Source: Candidatus Poribacteria bacterium (GTDB lineage: Bacteria > Poribacteria > WGA-4E > WGA-3G). From it: 64,000 nt of DNA. Under the pieces are notes generated by a model. It worked only from the letters and a program-made list of their open reading frames with translations. It was not told the origin of the DNA and did no database searches. Shown here one piece after another: positions 11,413 to 20,743 of this stretch (positions are counted from its first letter, which is position 1; each line of letters opens with the position of its first letter). The stretch spans positions 1,440,001 to 1,504,000 of the forward strand of contig OZ243938.1 of assembly GCA_965214095.1 (NCBI GenBank). The letters are read 5' to 3'. Both the position numbers and the translations under genes were made by a program.

Positions 11413-11897
11413 TTGTCTGAACCAGGATTTCCAGGTTTATGTATCTGAAGTTTCAAGCTGCTCATCTAAAGATAGACATAGGTGTCAACTTAGTGGAAAA
11501 TTACGTTCAAATAACTCGGTATTCGTAGGCGCACTTTGTAAGCGCGCTGAATCATAGAAACATTACTGTCAATTATACACGCCACTGTAGGAGCGATCTC
11601 CGAATCTCGATTTAACTCAGTCACAGTCGGGAATCGAAGTTTACTTCTACATATCCAAAATGTCTAATTTATTCAAGAATCTGCCATATATAAGTTAGAG
11701 CGATAGCTCCAGCGGGGCGGAATGTGTATAGAAGCGTCGTCCAACCTAACGGATTTCACACTACGGTAGGTTCGGTTTCCTAACCGAACCGCTGTTTGTT
11801 CAGTCGCATAGATGCGGTTCGGAAACCACATCTACCAGAGAGTGTGCACATATTTTTACATTTCACCATAAAATCTTATAGGTAGCAACTTGAGTTA
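11413..11897. repeat. Intergenic cluster of fragments from several REP/MITE families
   Basis: M6 left end 11413, IS4-type end 11477, GTAG hairpins ~11525 and ~11587, CCAGCGGGGCG ~11709, partial M1, M4 right end ~11880. Confidence 0.7.
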
Positions 11898-11899
11898 AA

Positions 11900-11935
11900 T
11901 AGTAAAGGACAGTGTTTTGACACTGTCCTTTACTA
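11900..11935. terminator. Hairpin, likely intrinsic terminator
   Basis: 16-bp perfect stem TAGTAAAGGACAGTGT/ACACTGTCCTTTACTA just downstream of the minus-strand gene. Confidence 0.7.
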
Positions 11936-11963
11936 ATTTAGTTGTTACAAATCTATGGTGTTA

Positions 11964-13225
11964 TTATTTTGCACCTTTTAGTTTGCCCCAAGTGGTTACA
12001 AGTTTTCCACCGGCTTCAACAGCAGTGCCAACGTCAGAAGCAGCGGGTCTATATGCGGTTTCTACATCTGCACCTATACCCGCATACATGCCCCATCCAC
12101 CACCACGTTCACTAATTTTGATCATTAACAGATTATCTCCTTTATTCAAGCTCACTTTGAACTTATCTTGGAAACTTGCTCGTCCGCCACGACCACGGTT
12201 TGTAGCGTTGGTATGAACGACTTCACCGTTGAGCCAGACCTTGACCGAGTCATCACTGCTGACACCTATCACAACATCTTCCATCGCTTCTTCAGCGACA
12301 AGTGTAATGAGTGCATAAGAGGAGATGTCGTTAATTGCATTATCATCACCCCGCGGAAACCCTTCAAGGTATTAACAAGCGTATTAATGTTCCCATCCTC
12401 AGGAAGCTCAGCAAGTGTCCAGTCGTAATCACCGACGCTGTTGCCTTCAGTTGCGCCATTCTCAGCAACCATTGCTTCGGTAACAGCATCATTACTGGCA
12501 GCTGCGAGGGAGTCAATGTCTGTAGAAGCTTGTCCACCTTGGTCTGCTTCGGTATGGGCAACCATCCAGAGCCATTCGCCTGTGATGTGTTCAACTGGCG
12601 GTCTATAGGCATAGGTGACATCAGCGTCAATACCAGCAAACATACCCCATCCACCGCCGCGTTCACTTACCTTAATCATTAGCAAGTTATCGCCAGCGTT
12701 AAGGTTTACTTGAACTGTATCTTGGTAACTACCAGCAGCACCACGTCCACGGTTTGTAGCGTTGGTGTGAACGACTGTCCCGTTAAGCCAAACTTTTATA
12801 GAATCGTCACTACTGACTCCCAAAGTTACATCGTTCTGTGCTTCTGCTGATACCAGCGTTATGAGTGCGTAAGACGAAATGTCGTTAATTGCATTATCAT
12901 CACCCCGCGGAAATCCTTCAAGTTCATTGACAAGCGTATTAATGTTCCCATCATCAGGAAGCACTGCGAGCGTCCATGCATAATCACCGACCATTGAACC
13001 TACCTTTGCACCATTTGTTGCTACCATTGCTTCAGTGACAGCATCTTCACTTGCCACTGCAAGTGAATCAATATCGGTAGAATTTTGCCCACCTTGGTCT
13101 GCTTCGGTGTGGGCAACCATCCAAAGCCATTCACCTGTTATTGCCTCTTGTGCATCAGCAATATATGGAATTACTGAAAGAACCATTAGACATGCTAATC
13201 CGAATAAACATACTTTCTTGTACAT
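11964..13225 (-). pseudogene. Secreted protein with two tandem PA14/jelly-roll-like domains, split by a 1-nt frameshift at ~12369 (real or sequencing error)
   Basis: Signal peptide; two SSDDSxKVWLNG repeats; adding one base restores NTLEGFPRGDDN and joins ORFs 12269-13225 and 11964-12284. Confidence 0.8.
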
Positions 13226-13376
13226 TAAGTACCTCCATTAATCATTAATTATTCAACAATATGAACTGAAATTTTATATACCATTTATCCATTAACAAAT
13301 ACTTATACTATATCGTAAGTAGAAACGATAAATTTCAAATAAGTTTAACAGAAAACATTAATTTAATCAATAAGAA

Positions 13377-14072
13377 TTACCTAAAATTCTTAATTTGTGC
13401 CCATTGGGTAGTTAATTTATCGGCAGGTTCAACTGGGAAAACACCACCTACATCAGATACATCATAGTCACCACCAACACCGAAGTGCATACCCCATCCA
13501 CCGCCACGTTCGCTAACCTTTATCATAAGGAGGTTACTTCCTTTTTTTAGGTCAACATTTAGATTATCTTGAAAGGTTCCTGCATCACCGCGTCCACGGT
13601 TCGTTGCATTGGTATGAACGACTTCACCGTTGAGCCAGACCTTGACAGAATCGTCACTGCTGACACCCATTGCTACACTATTTTGTGCTTTGTTGGTACT
13701 AAGAATTAATAGGGCATAAGATGTAATATCATTAATTGCATTATCATCACCCCGCGGAAAACCGTCAAAACTATTGACAAGTGTATTAATGTTCCCATCA
13801 TTAGCAAGTGTACCAGATGTCCACGCATAATCACCAACTATATCACCTTCTCTTGCACCGTTTTTAGCGATTTTCTCTTCAGTGACTTTGCCGTCGCTGA
13901 CTTCACTAAGTGAATCAATATTAGTAGAATTCTGCCCACCTTGGTTCGCAGCAGTTTTAGCTACCATCCAAAGATACGGTCCAAGAATTTTTTGCTGCGC
14001 ATCAGCAGCTAATGTCATAAGGGAAAGGCTCATGATACAAACCAATCCTATGACAAATAATTTTTTGAACAT
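13377..14072 (-). CDS. Secreted single-domain paralog (PA14/jelly-roll-like) with C-terminal KLTTQW tail
   Basis: Signal peptide ending ADA-Q; GVSSDDSVKVWLNG; clear homology to 11964-13225. Confidence 0.8.
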   Translation of the reverse strand: MFKKLFVIGLVCIMSLSLMTLAADAQQKILGPYLWMVAKTAANQGGQNSTNIDSLSEVSDGKVTEEKIAKNGAREGDIVGDYAWTSGTLANDGNINTLVNSFDGFPRGDDNAINDITSYALLILSTNKAQNSVAMGVSSDDSVKVWLNGEVVHTNATNRGRGDAGTFQDNLNVDLKKGSNLLMIKVSERGGGWGMHFGVGGDYDVSDVGGVFPVEPADKLTTQWAQIKNFR

Positions 14073-14172
14073 AATATATACTCCTTATATTTAATCAAAA
14101 TAGTGAGAAATTTATAATTTCTCTTACCTATAGTAGCAAATTGTCAAAAAAAGTCAAGACATTCTTTGCAAG

Positions 14173-14481
14173 TTATTTATTCTGCCCCAACTGTTCCTGA
14201 ACACTAACAATCTTATCTTCCATCGTTTGTGCTCTATCCATCCGAGTGCCGAACTTGAGGGTTGTTGTAATGCGAGGTGCTCCCATTTCATGCACCACTT
14301 CATGACACTGTTTTATCGCATCAAACACGGCATCCCATTCACCTTCAATATTAGTGCCGTAAGCGTGAAGTTTCGTCTTTAATCCTGCCTCTTTCAATAC
14401 TTTTTCACACGCTGTGACGTATTTTGAGACAGACACACCGACTCCCATAGGAACAACACATAAATCGGCAATAACTTTCAT
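14173..14481 (-). CDS. MTH1187/YkoF-like thiamine-binding protein
   Basis: ADLCVVPMG, SVSKYV, HAYGTNIEGEW and GAPRI motifs. Confidence 0.9.
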   Translation of the reverse strand: MKVIADLCVVPMGVGVSVSKYVTACEKVLKEAGLKTKLHAYGTNIEGEWDAVFDAIKQCHEVVHEMGAPRITTTLKFGTRMDRAQTMEDKIVSVQEQLGQNK

Positions 14482-14490
14482 GTGGTTTCC

Positions 14491-15429
14491 TTAATTGTCA
14501 CGCAATTTTTTGATTATTGCTTTGGGTAGCGGTGCAGACCCGGATGTAGCGACACCGTCATCAACTTGGGCAGGTGTCATCATTCCTGGTGTAACACAAC
14601 AAACTGCGCGATGTGCCAAAATGAATTTGAGTGCAGCTTGTGGTAGACTTTTCGCTTTTCCTCGGACAACTGATTTTATCTGTTCAACTCTCTCTAAATC
14701 TGCAAGGAACTTTTCACGGGGCCATGTCTTCCGATAATCGTTATCAGCAAATAAGGTATCCACATTGAGTTTACCAGACAGCAACCCTGATGACAAAGGC
14801 TGGCGAACAGTTACGGCAATACCTTTTGCTGCGGCTGTTTCCATCACAGGTTTTGCCATCCCTTGATTTAGGATGTTGTAGGTGAGCATGAGCGATGAAA
14901 TACCTGTTTCTTCAATTGCTTTGAGTGCTTGCGCTTCGTTTCCAAGACACAATCCATAGAAGCGGATTTTTCCTTCAGACTTGAGTTCAGCCATTGTGCC
15001 AAATGCTTCATCCCATATCTCTTCAGGTGGAGGGGCATGAAATTGATAGATGTCTAATACATCTCTTTTCAATCGTGTGAGACTTCCCTCAACAGATTGA
15101 CGAATATATTCACGCGAAGCATTGAATGCAGGCACCTTGCCACCTTGACTTATCCACCCATCGGAGTCCAATTCATATCCGAGTTTCGTTGCAATGACAA
15201 CCCTATTACCGAGTGCTGAAAACGCGTTACCTAAAAGTTTTTCAGCGCGTCCACCCCCGTATTGGTCAGCGGTATCGTAATAGGTGACACCTTTTTCAAA
15301 AGCGTATCGTAGGAGATCCACGGCTTCCTTTTCACCGATGTCTCCCCATTCGCGTCCTCCGAGTTCCCAGGTTCCCATACCGATCTCGGAGACGGTCAAA
15401 CCCGTTTTACCAAACTTACGCTGTCGCAT
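14491..15429 (-). CDS. Aldo/keto reductase
   Basis: VSEIGMGTW, YDTADQYG, IATKLG and SLTRLKRDVLDIYQFH motifs. Confidence 0.92.
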   Translation of the reverse strand: MRQRKFGKTGLTVSEIGMGTWELGGREWGDIGEKEAVDLLRYAFEKGVTYYDTADQYGGGRAEKLLGNAFSALGNRVVIATKLGYELDSDGWISQGGKVPAFNASREYIRQSVEGSLTRLKRDVLDIYQFHAPPPEEIWDEAFGTMAELKSEGKIRFYGLCLGNEAQALKAIEETGISSLMLTYNILNQGMAKPVMETAAAKGIAVTVRQPLSSGLLSGKLNVDTLFADNDYRKTWPREKFLADLERVEQIKSVVRGKAKSLPQAALKFILAHRAVCCVTPGMMTPAQVDDGVATSGSAPLPKAIIKKLRDN

Positions 15430-15553
15430 ATTGTCCCTCCAGATGGTCTTATGAGAATTTTATATGTTCTTTGTTTTTTTGTCAACAATTTCTTTTTAGT
15501 GATTACGCGACTACAAGCATGAATGTCCGAGGCGCAATGAATTGGGCGGATTC

Positions 15554-15708
15554 TTGTTTGAACCAGGTTTTTCAGGATTGACAAGACAAGAGTTTGAAAC
15601 ATCAAAGTGCCATCCAGAGAATAAACGTTAAACTGGGAATAGGAACTTTGCAGAGCCAAACTCATAATCCTGAAAATCTACTAATCCTGAAAATCCTGGT
15701 TCAGACAA
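15554..15708. mobile_element. MITE-like family M6 (TTGTCTGAACCAGG...CCTGGTTCAGACAA)
   Basis: Terminal inverted repeats with internal AATCCTGAA-like repeats; full copy at 52641-52830, fragments at ~21631-21693 and 11413. Confidence 0.75.
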
Positions 15709-15896
15709 ATAGCAATACAAATCCATAATTAAGTTAACGTTTGGGAATAATATTGAACAAAAATCCTAAAACTAATGGTTTATCTACTTTTATTTTAAGG
15801 GTAATATGATCGTAGGGGCGAGGTCATGAAGATTAATTTATTAAACGGGTAATACTCATTTACCCAAACCCGGTAGGTGCGGTTTCCTAACCGCAC

Positions 15897-17384
15897 CATA
15901 GGCGTCAATTTAAGGATGCACCAAGACCGATAAGTGTCAACTTTTAATCAGAGGAAGTATAAATTATGAAATAAAACTTCTGTAAAAATGAAAACACCTC
16001 ATATATAATGTAGATATAGATTTATTATGGTCTACAAAGAGGTGTTTCCTAATGAATACATTATCACAAGTTCCCAAAGAAATGCAACATATTCTTACAA
16101 CTATAGCCAATGATGCAGCTCTCAATACAGGTTTTGTCAAAAGAAGTTGTAAACTCAACGGTAGTCGTTTTGCTCAAATACTCATTTGGACTTGGTTAGA
16201 AAACCCAGATGCCACCTATACACAACTTGCGCAAACCGCTGGTGTGCTGGGGATTTCAATCTCACGACAAGCCATTGAACAACGATTTACATCTGAAGCA
16301 GCAGAGACCCTGAAAGTTATCCTTGATGCTACTGCGTCCAAGGTTATTTCTGCCGACCCGCAAACGCTTCCGCTCCTTGAAAAGTTCACTGGTGTCTATT
16401 TACAAGATAGTTCTTGGATTACACTCCCTGATGTGCTCCACGAAACTTGGGAAGGTGGAAGCAAAAAGAATAAACCGAACACAGCTGCCGTGAAACTCCA
16501 CCTGCGTTTTGATAGTGCCACAGGCACTTTTGAACACTTTGAACTGACCAATGGTATCACCGCTGATAGTGCTATTGAAAAGCAGATTGACATGCTACCC
16601 GCCGGCAGTTTGCGCCTCGCAGACCTCGGCTATTATTCACTTGATACCTTCAAAAGACTTTCCGATGCAAACGTCTTTTGGATATCACGCTACAAAGTCC
16701 AGTGTTTTCTCTATGATGAAACAGGTGACCCTTTTTGTTTGCTAAAATGGCTCAAGAAGGGTTCTAATAACTTCAAGGACAAACAAATCTTTATAGGTAA
16801 AAACAAGCGTCTCAAAGCACGATTAGTTGTTCAAAGACTTTCAGAAACAGAAACCCAACAGCGTATTAAGGAGATAAAACATCGTGCAAAGCGGAAGTAT
16901 ACGAAACCTTCACCAAAACGACTTCAGCTCGCAAGATGGAATATCTACATTACTAATATAAAAGTAGACCATCTGACTGCTGAACAGATTTGTGCTGTCG
17001 CACGCATCCGATGGCAGGTTGAGTTGATGTTCAAGTGCTTCAAAAGCATTGGAAAAGTTGATACCTCCCGTAGCGACAAGCCATATAGAATCTTATGTGA
17101 GTTATATGCAAAACTCATCGTCGCAATTATGCGGCACTGGATCATGTTAAGGGTCGGTTGGCGATGTCTAAAACATAGTCTAACAAAAACAGCAGAACTT
17201 ATTAGCACCTTCGCACGCACACTTGCAATAGGTTTCCGCAAGTCTATAATGTCTTTTCGGCAAACTTTTGATGAAATAAAACACGCTTTCCAAAATGGGT
17301 GCTACATTGAGAGACGTGCTAATAGAGACACAACATTAGAACACCTTGAAAATGCAGCAAAAAATCACTAAATTGACGCTTATG
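15897..17384 (+). mobile_element. IS4-family insertion sequence, 1488 bp, 16-bp TIRs, 20-bp flanking direct repeat
   Basis: TIRs CATAGGCGTCAATTTA / TAAATTGACGCTTATG; GTGCGGTTTCCTAACCGCAC on both sides. Confidence 0.9.
16052..17371 (+). CDS. IS4-family DDE transposase
   Basis: LQDSSWI, LADLGYY and RWQVELMFKCFK (YREK-like, with Y replaced by A); stop codon lies inside the right TIR. Confidence 0.92.
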   Translation: MNTLSQVPKEMQHILTTIANDAALNTGFVKRSCKLNGSRFAQILIWTWLENPDATYTQLAQTAGVLGISISRQAIEQRFTSEAAETLKVILDATASKVISADPQTLPLLEKFTGVYLQDSSWITLPDVLHETWEGGSKKNKPNTAAVKLHLRFDSATGTFEHFELTNGITADSAIEKQIDMLPAGSLRLADLGYYSLDTFKRLSDANVFWISRYKVQCFLYDETGDPFCLLKWLKKGSNNFKDKQIFIGKNKRLKARLVVQRLSETETQQRIKEIKHRAKRKYTKPSPKRLQLARWNIYITNIKVDHLTAEQICAVARIRWQVELMFKCFKSIGKVDTSRSDKPYRILCELYAKLIVAIMRHWIMLRVGWRCLKHSLTKTAELISTFARTLAIGFRKSIMSFRQTFDEIKHAFQNGCYIERRANRDTTLEHLENAAKNH

Positions 17385-17625
17385 GTGCGGTTTCCTAACC
17401 GCACCGGACTTCTCAAGGAAATTACCCAATTTATTTCTTAATCCTCATCACCTCGCCCTCTTCCAAATTACATAACCGTAATTTTAGAATGGACACTCCA
17501 CTAAATATCCCTGCCATATACGATGCTCAACAATTAGATTGACATGTTGAACGTGTTCTGATAGGATATTGTTATGCAATTTAAGTGTTTTGGAAGATTA
17601 AATACGTTCGATTTTAGGGACAAGT

Positions 17626-18666
17626 ATGAAATTATTGGTCACGGGTGGAGCAGGATTTATCGGGACGAACTTTATTAGATACTGGCTCAAGGAGTATCCA
17701 AATGATGATATAGTGAACCTTGATTTGTTGACTTATGCGGGAAATCTCGCCAATCTGACAGATATTGTATTAGCTTATACAGATCGGTATGTGTTTGTGC
17801 ATGGTGATATTTGTGATGATACATTCGTATCGGAAGTAATGGAGACACATCAACCTGATGTGATTGTCAACTTCGCGGCGGAATCGCATAATAGTCGTGC
17901 TATATTGTACCCGCGTGTATTCTCAGAAACAAATGTGATGGGAACACAAGTATTATTAGATGCTGCCCGTCAATACGATGTGTCTCGGTTTCATCATATT
18001 TCTACATGTGAGGTATACGGTGAACTTCCCTTGCATTCATCTGATGCGTTTTCAGAAACAGCCGCTTACCGACCACAAACCCCTTACAACGCATCAAAAG
18101 CAGCTGCCGATCATCTCGTCAACGCATACTTCCACAGTTTCGGACTTCCGATTACTATCTCTAACTGTTCCAATAATTATGGACCTTATCAGCATCCGGA
18201 GAAACTGATCCCGCTTTTTACGACGAATGCCATCCAAGATTTGCCATTGACACTCTATCGGAGCAGTCATAACCGCAGAGAATGGTTGCATGTTGATGAC
18301 CACTGCAGTGCGATTGCATCGGTTATTCACAACGGTAAGCTTGGAGAGACCTATAATGTCGGTAGTGGCGTTGAGAAAAGTATAGAGGAAATAAGCGATT
18401 TTATATTGGATGTGTTGGATAAGCCGCAAGACTTGAAAACTTATGTTCCCGACAGACCTGGACACGATTGCCGTTATCTGTTGAATTCCCAAAAAATAGC
18501 ACGTGAACTCGGTTGGCAACCAACAATACCGTTTGAAGAAGGCATGCGAAAAACAATTGCGTGGTACGTTGAAAATCGTGAATGGTGGGAAAAAATCCGC
18601 AAAAAACCTGACACAGAAAACGTTAAAGAGGATAAATGGGAGAAGTTCTCACAGCAAAAGAGGTGA
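17626..18666 (+). CDS. rfbB: dTDP-glucose 4,6-dehydratase
   Basis: VTGGAGFIG, LTYAGN, FAAESH, YNASK, NCSNNYGPYQHPEKLIP and DRPGHD motifs. Confidence 0.92.
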   Translation: MKLLVTGGAGFIGTNFIRYWLKEYPNDDIVNLDLLTYAGNLANLTDIVLAYTDRYVFVHGDICDDTFVSEVMETHQPDVIVNFAAESHNSRAILYPRVFSETNVMGTQVLLDAARQYDVSRFHHISTCEVYGELPLHSSDAFSETAAYRPQTPYNASKAAADHLVNAYFHSFGLPITISNCSNNYGPYQHPEKLIPLFTTNAIQDLPLTLYRSSHNRREWLHVDDHCSAIASVIHNGKLGETYNVGSGVEKSIEEISDFILDVLDKPQDLKTYVPDRPGHDCRYLLNSQKIARELGWQPTIPFEEGMRKTIAWYVENREWWEKIRKKPDTENVKEDKWEKFSQQKR

Positions 18667-18670
18667 AACG

Positions 18671-19630
18671 ATGAAACTGACTGATGAACAACATGCAACT
18701 TGGGAACGTGACGGAATTATTGTTGTGCCAGACGTTTTTTCACAAGAGGTCGTTTCTGCTGCATTGGAAGTCGTTGAGCAAAATGCTTATGACGGGTTGT
18801 CATACACTGAATATCGTGCAAAGTGGGATGATAAACCGGATGAACTGAAAGCAGCTTATGAAAAGAACAATCCGATGAATCGCCTCGCGGGTCCCTTTGC
18901 TAAGATTTCCCACTTTCCAACTGGTTTAGAAGCAGTGGACACCCTTATTGAGAATGAAACTTATCTGAGTATTGCGAAGCAATTGTTAGACACAGAAGAA
19001 ATCCGTATCAGTTATGGACAGATTTTTCTCAGAGAGGGGTTAACGGATTCTCGGTATAGCGAACATCCTTGGCAAGGGTATCACATTGATAACGGGACGA
19101 ATGCTGCTCTACCACCGCATCCTGATTGGCTGCGATACGGATATATCCTCTGCAGTATTATGCTGCACGATGTTGATTTGGATGGGGCACCAATGCTTAT
19201 CTGTCCGGGTTCACAAGACCAATTGGATATTGTATGGGAAAAACATCCCGGTAGTGCCGGTGGACTCGGTATTCCTGACCTGCGTGAGTTTAAGGAGTTG
19301 GGAGACCCCGTTCCTCTCACTGCAAAAGCGGGAAGTGCGATTTATCGGTCAAGTTATATAGTGCATGCTGCACAACCGTTTGCGAACAGAAGCAAACAAC
19401 GAGTTTGGATGGGGTATCACTTCCACCGCGCTGACAATGCCGATTGGTGCAACACGACACGTCCGATTCCCAGGTCAAGTCCACACTATATGAAGTTTGT
19501 TACGCAAACAACTCCTGCTGTGAGAAACGTCTTTGGGTGGCCTGCCGTTGGTGATCTGTACTATACACTGCAGGCATTAGATCGTTTAGCACAAGCATTT
19601 CCGGGTATTGATTTGGAACCGTATAAATAG
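18671..19630 (+). CDS. PhyH-family Fe(II)/2-oxoglutarate dioxygenase
   Basis: YHID (HxD), ICPGS, distal VHAA. Confidence 0.85.
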   Translation: MKLTDEQHATWERDGIIVVPDVFSQEVVSAALEVVEQNAYDGLSYTEYRAKWDDKPDELKAAYEKNNPMNRLAGPFAKISHFPTGLEAVDTLIENETYLSIAKQLLDTEEIRISYGQIFLREGLTDSRYSEHPWQGYHIDNGTNAALPPHPDWLRYGYILCSIMLHDVDLDGAPMLICPGSQDQLDIVWEKHPGSAGGLGIPDLREFKELGDPVPLTAKAGSAIYRSSYIVHAAQPFANRSKQRVWMGYHFHRADNADWCNTTRPIPRSSPHYMKFVTQTTPAVRNVFGWPAVGDLYYTLQALDRLAQAFPGIDLEPYK

Positions 19631-19640
19631 AGAATTTATG

Positions 19641-20351
19641 TTATTGCGGACACCACGCCATTACTGTCCCGAAACTTGCGAACATGCTGTTTTCACCACT
19701 CGTTAGGATACGTGAGCCTTGAACAACGACCCTCGCGTCTCTGCTTGTGATTTTGTAACTCACGGGGGCATCTTTTGCAATCAACAGTTCACCGTTTGCG
19801 TCTTTCAGTTTATCCAACCGATAATGCACGGATCTCTGTGCGGGAACATCAAATTCACAGGAAACGTTATCCATTGCAGTATCCTCGTATAGCACTTCTA
19901 ATAGGCACTGCGTATCAATATCTGAGGTATTAGAGACACATATAGATTCATGTGAGAAATACCCGCCGCCTTCGCTCTCCCACCGCTGTTCATCTACTGT
20001 CAATTCTGCCATGTATCCATCCGGCACCACCCAAACGTAAGCACCATCGCCATCAGAAGTACAAAATTTCAGGACATCTTGTATTGCTTCAGTGTTTTCA
20101 GTAATGTCGTCAAGCGAAATCACGAGAAACCTTGAGTAAAATTGTATTCCTTTTGATGGCGTATGTTCTTTTAGTTGTCCTGTTATATTCAAGCATAATC
20201 TGTTTTCATCCAGCATCTCGAGATGACTCACACCTTGAGATGCTAACCAGTCCCCGAACATGTCATTAGCCAGGTTGGTAATAGTGCTAAGATTAGTAAT
20301 TCCTGCCTGTTTGTATTCTCGAATCGTTGCTAACAATATTTCGTATGTCAT
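19641..20351 (-). CDS. Hypothetical protein
   Basis: Long ORF with AAGGAG RBS before ATG 20351; no recognised motif. Confidence 0.65.
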   Translation of the reverse strand: MTYEILLATIREYKQAGITNLSTITNLANDMFGDWLASQGVSHLEMLDENRLCLNITGQLKEHTPSKGIQFYSRFLVISLDDITENTEAIQDVLKFCTSDGDGAYVWVVPDGYMAELTVDEQRWESEGGGYFSHESICVSNTSDIDTQCLLEVLYEDTAMDNVSCEFDVPAQRSVHYRLDKLKDANGELLIAKDAPVSYKITSRDARVVVQGSRILTSGENSMFASFGTVMAWCPQ

Positions 20352-20379
20352 AGGTTTCTCCTTGTAGGTTTTGCTTTTA

Positions 20380-20712
20380 TTATACCATCCATCGTCCATC
20401 AATACCCAGTAGTGCCATTAACACTTGCAATAGGACTATCTCTGCGTTAGGTCCGATAAATTGGCGATGGGTATCAACATAAGTGCCGTAATCTGCTGCC
20501 CACTCACGGAAGTCAGTTTCATATTCCCATCCGTTTGCGGTTTTGCTGAAATTGGAACGGTCGGGATATGGAAGTTTTTGGTTTAATATTTCGTGTAGTT
20601 GTTCAACCGTTGGCATCCATAGGTCTTCGGTGTTTTCTGTAATGGGTTTTAGTGCTTGAATAGTGGGGTGGGTGCACAATTTGAGGTAATGTTTTTTATC
20701 TGATGCGTTCAT
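20380..20712 (-). CDS. Hypothetical protein
   Basis: 110-aa ORF co-oriented with its neighbours. Confidence 0.6.
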   Translation of the reverse strand: MNASDKKHYLKLCTHPTIQALKPITENTEDLWMPTVEQLHEILNQKLPYPDRSNFSKTANGWEYETDFREWAADYGTYVDTHRQFIGPNAEIVLLQVLMALLGIDGRWMV

Positions 20713-20743
20713 AGGATGGTGTAGTTTAAAATCGGTCAGACGA

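Larger units (their letters stand above)
15827..17447. mobile_element. 113-bp MITE (TGAAGATTAA/TTAATCCTCA ends) inserted in the REP-B loop with TCA duplication, itself split by IS4
   Basis: TCA repeated at 15824-26 and 17448-50; 9/10 inverted ends. Confidence 0.75.
15776..17500. mobile_element. 101-bp MITE M5 (REP-B cargo), split by nested insertions; CTAA target duplication
   Basis: 15776-15826 plus 17451-17500 sum to 101 bp and match the intact copy at 51120-51220. Confidence 0.85.

Noticed and set aside
11964-14072. Diversity-generating retroelement TR/VR pair suggested by the repeats
   Set aside because: Differences between copies are not adenine-restricted, all copies are coding domains, and no reverse transcriptase is present.
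15396-15665. ORF MSLALQSSY... and its paralog at 52572-52787
   Set aside because: Both are antisense readings of MITE M6; the similarity reflects the DNA repeat.
18503-18670. Long N-terminal extension of the PhyH ORF
   Set aside because: It overlaps rfbB; ATG 18671 has a GAGGTG RBS.
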